DNA of 64,000 nucleotides from Ascidiella aspersa (Eukaryota): NCBI GenBank assembly GCA_963924565.1, contig OZ004613.1, positions 9,548,001 to 9,612,000 on the forward strand. Reading direction: 5' to 3'. This document shows, piece by piece, positions 12,936 to 23,658 of this stretch. Each line of letters begins with the position of its first letter. Position 1 is the first letter of the stretch. The translations under genes and the position numbers were made by a program. The notes beneath the pieces are model-generated. The model had not been told where the DNA came from. It made no database searches and worked only from the letters and a program-made list of their open reading frames with translations.

Positions 12936-13960
12936 GTACGTCTGCTATTTGCATTGGCCATTAGTGCTTTTCGGCATCTTTCGAGTGGTGCTCTTTTTTC
13001 GTTTTGCACTCTACGATTCCAGTTTAAAAAGTAAACGCATTTTCGTATCACCATACACATGATTGGCTTTTAGCTTGACCTAACGTACCAACTAGCTTTT
13101 TAATTGGTTATAATAAAGCAGGCAGTTAGTTCAAGGCATGGCTTCTATCGACTTTTCGCTCTTCCTTACACTTCGGGCGTAGATCTATAGTTTTGATAAA
13201 AGCTCATACTCTTTTTGATTAGGAAAAGGTTGTTTAATTTATAAACAGTAGTGGAAAGAACTTTAAATTGTATCTGTATTTTTTTTCAATTACAATTTTA
13301 AGAAAATATAGCTTCCAACTAACATGGCATGCACAGTGCACACAATTTTTAAAACCATTAATTTTGTATAAATTTGGGTGTTTTTGGTGATTTATTTTTT
13401 CAATTGCTTGAACTTAGTTAACTTGCCTTTTGAGATATTTTTTAAATTGCAACCTTTTTTAAAGGTTTATTTGTATACAAGAAAATTCTCCACAGCATTT
13501 ACCATGCTATTTTCAAAGAAATTGATTACAGAAACTTGTTCACAAGATTCATAGAAAATCATTTTTTAAGGCCTAAATCAAAAATTTTTGAAATATTGTT
13601 GTGGTAGTCACACTTATCACCAGTTATCAAAAGCCGGTTTGATAATTTTACAACATTTAACTTGAAATATAAAAAGTGGGTAATTGTCATACTGAGCAAT
13701 GCTTTAATTTACTTGTATGGGTTTTCCTGTTGTTAAGGGTAACTTCAAAAATTGTAAAACTGGTTAAATATTTATGTTTTGCATGAGATACTTATGATTG
13801 CATGGAAAATAAGTTAATTATATTCTAGCTAACAATTTAGTTTCTTTTATTTGTTTAATGATTTTTGCATGATTACTTTTACCCTAATCAAATCTCAATG
13901 CCTGATTAACTTACACTGCATTTATAGTTGCCTACTTGGCTGCAAAGTAGCCATTTTATA

Positions 13961-14572
13961 ATGTTTTTGGGTGTTTTGTGTCATAGAGTTGTGCCGAAAG
14001 CTAGTCGTGTAGCACTAGGTGGCAGCATTCCAAGCAAGTTTCACAAGTCAGCAGCAATGGACGATTCCAAAAAGCCATGGAAAAGTGCAAAGTCAATCTA
14101 TGACTTTACGGTGATGGACATTCACGAGCAGGAAGTGTCCCTGCAAAAATACAATGGCCTGGTTGGCTTGGTCGTCAATGTGGCGTCCGAATGAGGCCTG
14201 ACCAAGGTCAACTACACTCAGCTGCAGGAACTGCACGAAAAATACTCACCCCAAGGTCTTCGCATCCTCGCCTTTCCCTGCAACCAGTTCAACAGCCAGG
14301 AGCCAGGCTCTAACGAGGAAATTGACAAGTTCGCTAAAGAAAAATATGGTGTACAGTTTGACATGTTCGCCAAGGTTAAGGTGAATGGCGACAACGCCGC
14401 TCCCCTCTTCAAGTACCTAAAGTCGCACAAGAATTGCCCGGGCACCCTGACAAACGCCATCAAGTGGAACTTTTCCAAGTTTTTGATTGATCGCCAAGGT
14501 ATCCCACAAAAGCGCTATGGACCGAAAACCACTCCATTTGAATTTGAAGAGGACATTAAAAATCTCCTCTAG
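13961..14572 (+). CDS. GPX4: Phospholipid-hydroperoxide glutathione peroxidase (GPx4/PHGPx-like selenoprotein), intronless CDS, 203 aa, Sec at TGA 14192-14194
   Basis: ORFs 13928-14194 and 14363-14572 are one frame separated only by TGA in the active-site motif VVNVASE-U-GLT. Downstream motifs ILAFPCNQF..QEPG and IKWNFSKFLID..G...RYGP are present. There is no oligomerisation loop (TLTNAIKWNF), as in the monomeric GPx4 class. ATG 13961 gives a basic presequence; a second ATG is at 14057. A splice acceptor lies at 13926-13927. Confidence 0.95.
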
Positions 14573-14740
14573 TATTTCAAAGTGTTGTGTCCTGTCTTTC
14601 TTTTTTTCATATATAAATATGTATACTTAATTTTTCCTTTGATCCGAATTCAGTGACAAGGTACTCGTGATTTGTTTTGTGAATTATACAAGCAGTTCAA
14701 TTTTTTGATTTGCTTCCGAACCTCTTCATTATTGTGGTAT

Positions 14741-14810
14741 TGCAGCCTTTGTATGATGACTGATTTACAAACCATTTAAATGGTGAAATTAGTCTGATGT
14801 GAGGATTGCG
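14741..14810 (+). promoter_or_regulatory. SECIS element (type II) in GPx4 3' UTR
   Basis: ATGAT core at 14753-14757, stem GACTGATTTAC/GTGAAATTAGTC, unpaired AAA, ministem CCAT-TTAA-ATGG, 3' TGAT at 14795-14798, and lower helix GCAGCCTT/GAGGATTGC. Confidence 0.92.
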
Positions 14811-14977
14811 TGTAATGGTGGTTCATCTGGTTAGTGAGTATACCAGGTGTTCCAGCTTTCATTGCGTTCTCAAGGTTGTTTTATCAAAGTTTAATGTTGA
14901 TGTTTTTTCGTTTTATGTTAGGAATTTCGTTTTAGACATTATAACAAACTTTAAGGTCAAAAACCTGTGCATATAGT

Positions 14978-17900
14978 ATGATCTTCAAATTAATCTTCAA
15001 CAACCAGGTGTGTACCATTATTAAAATATACTAGAATAACTTAGTTTCCTTGTATGTAATTTAGCTTTAAAAATTTAAAATAAGGATAACTACCCAGTGA
15101 CCATAAAGGGGAATTTTGACAACAATTTGATATTTTAAGCTTTAAAAACACATTTTAATGCTAATTGTTAGGTTATTATTTTTTTTCATAAACTGTTATT
15201 CTCTAAAGGTAAAAAAGTTTAACATGTAAATTACGTAAAGTTTGTTAGTCTGTAATAATACCAAAATGTTTTAAAAATACCACTATAAAGAGTTATTGAT
15301 TTTTTGACAGGTATTAAGAAATGCTTCCTGTTTTACGCGAAACATTACGGTGAGTGCACCGTGTGCAGCGAGCAGTAAGGTTTACGAACTAAGGAAGTAT
15401 CTCATACGACCAAGTGAGGTTGGCAAGTTTACCAAGCTGTCTACAGAACACTTTTACTTGAGAACAAAGGTGTCAAAGTTAAGCGGTTACTGGACAAGTG
15501 AAATTGGTTCCAATCTCAACCAAGCGATTCATATATGGGAATATGGTATGCTTAAAAATAGCTTAGGATAAACCTATCTAAACATATTGCTAAACGTTTT
15601 TATGGCACCCAAAAACATATATAGGCCTATTTTATTCCTTTTGAAGTGGGCTTAACATCAATTTTATTAGTTCAAAATATACCTGTATGTGTGTATTCCA
15701 ACCAGTGAATATTGGATTCCTAGCTTTATCTAAATGAGACAATCCAATTCTTTATGTGTTGTTACTTGAGAAAACTACATCTTTAAAACTAGATTTTGCC
15801 ATGTGTTTTTTTAAATTTTGCCCACAAAGCTAAATTTCCACAAACCCTTATAAACATGACAAATACCAAAACATTTTAAAAATATGACAACTACTATTTG
15901 TCCATTTTTTCTCTAATCAGCTGCTTTACCTGTGCATGTCAGTGTTCTAATATTTACCATGCTCTGGCATCATACCATGTAAATTTAAACCACACATAGC
16001 ACAAGGTTTTATTAATATCATATACTTAACAATAACCAACTTCTCCATTAAAAAGCATTTCTTTTTAAATAAAACTGTAATAATTTCTAATAATTTGGTA
16101 AAAGTATTAAAAATCTGAAAAAGTATTGACAAAAAAATATACTTAGCTTTCTTTTCTGGATTGGTTGTGTTAAAATTCATCAATTTGCCCAACAGTGATT
16201 GCTTAACACATGTGTAATCTAATTAAATACAAAACGGCAGTGTGTGTAATGTACAGGGTAAATGCAGTCAGCCTTTGAAAAGTAAATGCCCATTTTAGAC
16301 AATTTGCAGCATCGCGCAACAGCCCGTGCAACCTTGGCAAAGGATCAGGCATGGCTTAGTGATTATGTTGCACCTATTTTTCCGCTATTTGTTCAACAAG
16401 AGAACTGTCTTATGTACATGCCACAATGGTGCAACGAAATGACAGATCACAACAAGAAAAATGGTAAGTTTTTTTTTTAGTTTTTTTTAGTTAGATCTTA
16501 AATTGGCGCTGGTCTTGAATCCTACCACAATTATTAAATCAACGTACAATATTTGGGTTAGGGTGCGAGTTTGGGTGTGGGTGGAGTCAAGTGTTATTAT
16601 ATTCATTATTTAATAATAATACTTGACCCACCCTACCCCAAACGCTAACTCGCACCCTAACCTAAATAATGTGCATTGTGGTAGGATTCTAGACCAGCGC
16701 CCTTAAATTTAAAGAATATAGTCAAACAAAATGTTAAGCTTTTAATAATAGTAGAAACAAGTTTGAACGAAACACCAGAATTTGATTCGACAACTTTTTA
16801 TATTGAAGAATGTACACAAATGTCTTATAGGTTGATTGTTTGATCAACTTGTTTACTTCAATTGCTTAGGTGTTTATGAGCTGGATAAATTTGAGATGAA
16901 AGCTGGTGGCCCATCCGTGTGGGAAACGTCGCTGCAGTCATTGTTCGACGCAAAAGTCAATCTTGGTGGCTCGGATCTGATTGGTGTTTGGTTCACCGAA
17001 ATCGGAGATCTCAATACGGGTAAAACAAATCCTTAGAGCCGCTGACAATGCAATTACTGTGGAATTTAAGTTCACTTTTCAACTTGGTGTATTCCGTTTA
17101 TCAGAATACTTGAGCACTGCCTAAAGGCGTCGGTTTTCAACCCGCTTTGTTTTTGATTGTTACTTTGATCTACCCTATATCGCCCTTGCAATTAGATATG
17201 AGCAGTTTAGTCAAGTGTTTATTCCAGGTATAGAACACTTTTAACAAATAGCACACATCGTATTCTAAACGCATCTATTAAAATGCCACCATTGGATCGA
17301 AATTGGACTTTACTTTACTTAAAATATGCAACAAGCTCGTATAAAGCGCAATAAAACGCTTTCAGCTATAGGAAGTTTGCGTAACTTTCGTTGTAGATGA
17401 TTCTTTAAAGTTATGCACATCGTAACCTTAATTCTTTTAAGTCTTGAGACTAAAAAGGTTTTCTCAAAACGCAACCATATGGGTCAAGCGCATTTTTTGG
17501 TATTTACGTGGTTAAAATAGGCAAAAAATGGAGGAAATTACCTGTGCCCAGTTTGTAAAAAAGTTGGCGGGTCGTACGTTGCCGAACCCTACTTTAACGC
17601 ATCCAAACTAAAACTCGCAGTTTAACTGAAATGCGCTAAGCCGAGGGCATTTTGAAAACCACTGGATTGACAAAGGTGTTTTTAATTTAGCTTTTACCAT
17701 TGAATTCTGCCGGATATTGACTGAAAGTGTTGTTGTTCTTCGCAGTTTGAAAACCTCTGGTTTAGCAAAGGTGTTTTCTACTTAGCTTTTACCATTGAAT
17801 CGAATTCTGCCGGATATTGACTGAAAAGTGCTGTTGTTTTGTGCAGTTCACGCGGTATGGCGCTTTGACGACTATGCAGCTCGCAGTATGAACAAGGCAA

Positions 17901-19331
17901 AAGCAAGATCGTCCGCGGTCGTCGCTCAAAAAGGTTTGTGAAGTTGTAGTATGATGTGAGACCTCGCTTTAACTTCATAGCAACTGCGAGAGTCTGTATT
18001 GCAGTTGTGCCGATTCAAAGACTTCACACACAACGAAAAACGTTTGTTTTCCGATTGGCAGGTAAATTTAGTTTTATGGGCTTAATCAATGGAAAAAATT
18101 CGCAACACGCAAGGGTTTTTAAGGCGACATTTTATATCGACGCCTTAGTCGATTCAAACTTTTGGCGCTTTAAAATTCGCTCGGCAAGCAGCGTTGTAAC
18201 AGTTTTTTATGATTTATTTCTACTTAGCCTAAAACCATTGAGTTTAATATGGACTTTGGTGCTCTTTCTACGTCGAACTACAACCTCCGGGCGTTGTGCT
18301 CATAAAGTTTGGGTTTCATTTCAAAAGCACTGCGTATGATTATATATATTCAAAGTTTTTTCAAAGCTTTGTCGTGAAAGTAAAAATGTCGTTTTATGAT
18401 ATGCCATTAAGCAATGTAGCTATAGTTAGATAACAATATTCTCCAGCGGCACACTTATATGTGTCACGTTTTACATGGCCACGACCACCGCCCGGTTTAA
18501 GACGGATTAAATAAAAAGGGTTTGGAATCAGTTCTTCAAATCCGATCTATCCAAGAACGCACTTCAAAATGGTTTTAAAATTGTAAACCGCATCTCTCTG
18601 TTAAATCGTGCCCAGAACGTTTTTTAACCGCCAGTGTCAAAAAAATGTTCCAATTACTTTCCTTTGCGAATCCGTCTTAAGCAAATAGACCAATTTTGGC
18701 TTGTATGTCGTTATTAGTCTTTGTTACCGTGTATTTTTGCCACCCTACAAATCACAGTGACTTCGCTAGTTCGCGCCGTGGCCTTTTGCTATTTGCTTTT
18801 CAGGGCGCGACCCTAAGTTACCGACAGGTTGGCAAAAATAGGTTTCGTCTCGTATTTGGGTCGAAAGTCCGTTTGTGGTCGCCGTTTTAAGGGACAGATA
18901 GGATAATTTACTTTTTTCGCAACAAGGCCAATGTAGCCTGTTTTGCGTGTCTTGCAAATCCTCGTATCAGGACTTATTAGATTACCATCTCATATATTTT
19001 CCCGAGAGCCAAATGAAACCATCAGGAATACCCCGAGGTCTGATGTATAAGTTGCATAAAAAGTGAAACGAAGACCTCTAAAGATTTGGCATTGGAAATA
19101 GATAATTCATTGTTATTTTATACTCAAAAGTGCGTCGCGGGCCACACAAAATGTGCTCATGGACCGCGTGTTTGCGACCTTTGGTCTATAAAGTAGCCTC
19201 GCCGGTTAACAACGTCGACGGTTAAAAATGGGCTTATCATCCATGTTTGCGCAGAAGGCGACGTGGTACAGCACTTGATCAAGCAGAGCACTGTTCTGAT
19301 GCTGCCCACGGCCTGGTCCACACTTCAGTGA
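14978..19331 (+). CDS. NIPSNAP3A: NipSnap family protein (NIPSNAP3-like), 6 coding exons, 247 aa
   Basis: Exons 14978-15007, 15311-15545, 16299-16463, 16870-17019, 17847-17933, 19255-19331, all GT-AG and phase-consistent. Motifs VYELRKY..GYWTSEIG.NLNQAIHIWEYDNLQHR, GVYEL..GVWFTEIGDLNTVHAVW and C-terminal LMLPTAWSTLQ. The 10-codon first exon is the least certain, and the 3A/3B assignment is not resolvable. Confidence 0.9.
16505..16701. mobile_element. Palindromic MITE in NIPSNAP intron 3
   Basis: GGCGCTGGTCTTGAATCCTACCACAAT / ATTGTGGTAGGATTCTAGACCAGCGCC plus inner inverted arms. Other copies at 50777-50971 and about 59795-59934. Confidence 0.85.
17651..17846 (+). repeat. Tandem duplication (95 + 101 bp) of the NIPSNAP intron-4 3' end
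   Basis: Two copies of tttgaaaacc.ctgg...aaaggtgttt...ttagcttttaccattgaat...tctgccggatattgactgaaa.gtg.tgttgtt...gcag. Confidence 0.9.
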
Positions 19332-22300
19332 ATTACTTCCGACATTGCCCACATCGGTGCGAGTTCGTTTCACGAAGGTGGGCCGCTCACATCGCTTTCC
19401 CTTGTTGTGCAAAGCCCTATGTTATTTAGAGATTGTTTTCTGGTGTTTTGTATTATGTAAAACGCGTGCATCACAACTCAAATAAGTCGCTCCACCCACA
19501 TTTATGTGCTGCGGGCTTTCGTTCACTATAGCGCTGCATATAGACTCTGCGATAATTTTCTGGTTTCCTGTATCATATAGAATTGCCAATTCGCCTGCTC
19601 TATAAAATACCGTTCTTTTTACATGCATGCTCATTTTTTGCCAAATAATTCGTTATGCAGAGGGTTGTAGCTAATGAGATTTTTTGTGGTGTCCTGTGGT
19701 GTTTATTTGCCCCCAAACACTTCCCATCGTTATGCAGCGGCCTTTTTACTTTAGGTTATGTAAAAGTATAATTCCACCCATATGCATTAGTTCCTATTTT
19801 GAAAACCAGCTGAACTGAATGTGGAAATGTTTTCTGACAACCATTCTGTAAAAGTATAATTTCTTGCCACCCACATACATTACCAGTTTCTAAAGAATAT
19901 AGGAAGTTAATGCGTAGGCGTATTACCGTTTTCCGCTAATTCTGCGATATGTGTACTGTTTGGTCCACACACAAATTTTATATATGCTAAATTTTATTGA
20001 AAAGTCAGTAACCATCTTGCAATATTTCCTTGCCAAGTAAAAAAATGAATTTAGGATTAGTGTTTGCTTTAATAGAAAGCGTTTTGCTTAAAAAACAAAA
20101 ATCAAGTACCGTAACAATCATAGTGATTTTTATTAAGGTTTGTTCATTTTAAATTGCAAAGGTGTCGCTTATTTTGTATTTTAATGCAATTCTAGCAATC
20201 CAATTAGACCACGTGGTGTACTTTAAGCAAGTGCGTTGCTTAATGGCATCTCGCAAAGAAGTTTTAAGCCCTTCAAATAATCATGTAGTATGTACCCCTT
20301 ATTCCTAAAATTGCAACGGTAAAACATACACTTTGTTTAGTAAACTGTGAAATTACCAGCCTCAAAATTATATTTTTTATCATTTTAATAAGAATGTCAA
20401 ATTACAAGCACCCTTTTAAAGTTGTTGCTATTTCCCATGTCAGTCACTTAGCCTTGCCTCCATTGTATTGTGTGATATTACCAACTCCTGCCAATTTCCG
20501 GCAGTGTTATCTTCATTCTTTTAAATTCTGTGTTTTTCCCAATCATTTAATGTTTGTTCAATCAAATCGTTAGTGTGCAATTCAGTAATTTCGTGTTTTC
20601 ATTATGTGCCATTTTGCGTAAAGTGTCTTAACTCTTAACAGTCGTACTATTTTTTACCAAATGCAATATCACGTGTCTTATCGCACATTAAACAATCAGT
20701 CATCCCGCCAAAGCTCCATGTGCTTGTTTAACATTCGAGTTCCTATCGCATATGAAACAAAGGCAACCGCACACATGCCTGTCTGTTTGGCGTGCGCAAA
20801 CGCCTGTTGTTTGCTTACTGGTTTGAAAACCGGCACGCCAATGTTGGATACTGTCTGCTTTGCTCTACTAAATCTCCTAATTCAGATAATGGCGCGGCAA
20901 ATAGAAACCACGTTCATGATTTAAACAAAACATTAGCTTTATTCTATGTTTTGCACTGTTTTTTCTGCTGTATCATGATTTATAGTAAATCTGATTTTTA
21001 ATAACATCATCCAACTATATAGTTTAAGCACGACTCTTGAAAATACAGCTATCGTGGACATGGTTTCTCACAATAGTGTAATGAAATTATTAATGACAAA
21101 TAATAATTTAAAAAACCTGAGCCCAAAACGATGGTTAACAACTACCATGGGAGCTGGTTTGGATTAATTTTATGCCTGGTAGCATCAGTTTGTATAATGA
21201 TAAAATAAGTGTAGTGTTTGCATATGTTGAGATATCAATAAAATTTAGTGTAACCCAACCCTAATACAGATAAATAACCGATGCTTCAAATTGTAAGTAG
21301 GCAAATTGACGAGGCAAGGATGACTTGACAATATTACTTCCTTAACTGGATAGTCGTTTCAAATTTGACAAGGTGCTCTAAAGTAGTCGCACTTTGGACC
21401 CTGGTAGTGTGCTGTGTGTTGAATGACGTGCTGACGGTTGCATTCAGAGTGCTTTCCTATCTGTTAAAACACTCTTCACTGAATAATTGAGTGGCGACGG
21501 GCGTCCCTTTGCACGCTCGATTGACCTTGAAAATCCTATCGGCTATTAATGTGCAGAGTGGGGTCTAAATTTAAGCGGAGGTGACATTTACGTAATAGAC
21601 ACACGGGTTGCGCAAAACTGTTTACCTAAATTATTCGTTCTAAGGTCTTATAAAGTGGCTTTAACGTTTGAAGAAGGCCTTTGGCATCCATTAACGAAAT
21701 AAACTGGTTTACAGACAGGCAGAGCACTAAAAAGAAATGTATTGATATGTTTTACAATATATTTCAATCCATGATTGCATGTACTACATTGCATGTACTA
21801 CAAGCTATAAGTTATAAAGAGCAATGACGAAAAGTCAAAGCGTCAGATAGTAATACAGATATCGATTTTGGGAAAAATTCACAATTGAATGCTCTTGACA
21901 TGCATTATCTAGTAACAGATGTTGTTACAGGGTCGACTTACGGATTTTCAAAAGGTCCTATATTTTACTATTCGAAAAGCTTCAGAAGGAGTTGATTTGT
22001 TTTACTTTGTATAGTACCGCCATATAAAATCAATGACTTGTTTCAAAGCCATTGTGGGTTTAAGCACATAACACGCACAGGCAGGCGGTGACGTCACATC
22101 GGCCAGCCTGCTTCATCTGAATAGCCGGGTTTCGACTCGGTAACAATATGGAGCAAGATGCTACACCATCAAAATACACAATTAAAACAGCAATCAATAC
22201 TTCGGGTCGTTAGGATTCACAAACCACTAACAAAAGAAGCTTTGTCCGCTGTAATAAACAGACAGCAAGGCAGAAGCTGCTGTTATATAACGAAACGTTA

Positions 22301-23479
22301 TGTAACAGAATCGTGATTGAAATTTGGAACTTCTTGGGATAAAACTATCGCAGATGACGGGAGGCTTTTTAACCCTTAAAATCGCCCCTTTGACAATCAA
22401 GATCAAGTAAATATAAAAAAAACGTTTTCAATATTAGTGACGCCCCATTTTGTTTTGGCATATTTTTTCAACCACAATTAAGGGCCGCAAATAGCGATAA
22501 AACGCAATAATTTGAAATTTGAGATAACAAATTTAATAACTTCCGTAATTTTATTGGGCATACAGCCGTACATACACAACAGTGGCCTTTTCTGCACGCT
22601 ACACCAATCTAAAAGTATACCCTGACAATCACAGTATGACACGGCTAGAGAATATGTAGAAATTCAATTAGTTAATTATGGTTAGTCAGCCTCCCTGCAT
22701 GCCCACAGTTATGAGGCACACAGTTTGAGAACCACTGGTGTACAGAGACAAGCTAGGGCTAAGAAACAGCAAAAAATCGTTTTACAACCTTAGCCTATTA
22801 TGTATGGGAATTTGGCACCAACCAACACTGTAATTAGAAAAACGTGTTTCATTTTTGCTTTAAGATACCGGCTTATCGGACTGCAAGGCCCATTAATTTA
22901 ACATCTATGTGTTCCAAAACTTTGTATGACTATGACTTTTTCTTAAAAGCAGTGTTTTCCAGCCTTTTTGGGCTTACGAAACCTTTATAAAATATAAATA
23001 GTTTGCGGTACCCTTAGTACCATTACCGCTAAACAGCTAACTGTGGTGTCACGATAAACTAACTGAAGCAGTATACAAAAACTGCATTCAAAGTAGAAAA
23101 AATGTTTATTATTTGTTACACTTCAATCGTCACAAAAATTGCAGCAATTGAAGCTCACCAATAGAGCAAAAAAAAAAAAATTAAGTACATCTCGATACCC
23201 TTAAGTTAACCGTTAGAAACAGCACTCCACGGTTACACGACACCCCGGTTGAAAACCACCTAATTAAAGTATTGGGTAGATAGCAATAAAAAAACGGTTC
23301 TTTAAGTTTCAGATCATTGCAGTCCCACTGTATTTGACGAAAGATACAAGATTATGCTTATTTTTTTTTATTCATTTTTAAAATAGTCACACAAGCGCGT
23401 ACAACGAAAAAGGGAAAGGCCGACGAGCCAACTAACTCTCCCTCCAAGCTGAAAATGAGTTTTATTCGCAATGACTCGA

Positions 23480-23658
23480 TAAGGGCGGGTTAATGCCACA
23501 TTTTGGTGCCGAACTCGAGCCGGATTAGAAGGGCGAGTTCTTGTCCAATTTAATTTCGTACTAGGTGGTTAGAAGAGCGATTTCTTGCCTTTTTTGATTT
23601 CGTACTCGGCCAGCTAGAAGGGTGAGTTCATGCCTAGTTTGGTGCCAAACTCGAGTCG
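23480..23658 (-). repeat. Four degenerate tandem ~45-bp copies of the TMEM94 C-terminal codons plus stop
   Basis: RLEFGTKLGMNSPF* / LAEYEIKKGKKSLF* / *YEIKLDKNSPF* / RLEFGTK..GINPP, followed by AATAAA at 23466-23461. Confidence 0.85.

Noticed and set aside
13928-14194. GPx pseudogene with a premature stop
   Set aside because: The TGA is at the catalytic Sec position, the frame is intact on both sides, and a SECIS is present.
14752-14797. Box C (ATGATGA) and box D (CTGA) suggesting a C/D snoRNA
   Set aside because: The same kink-turn nucleotides form the SECIS core; the spacing, apical AAA and position in a selenoprotein 3' UTR fit a SECIS.
19329-19331. NIPSNAP TGA stop read as Sec via the GPx4 SECIS
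   Set aside because: The TGA falls at the normal family C-terminus, the SECIS is upstream, and no second SECIS is visible downstream.
19400-23400. Largely non-repetitive stretch between the convergent NIPSNAP and TMEM94 3' ends, possibly a gene or ncRNA
   Set aside because: I found no consistent exon chain and no tRNA, miRNA or snRNA motif that I could recognise; it may be UTR or enhancer DNA, but that cannot be supported from sequence alone.
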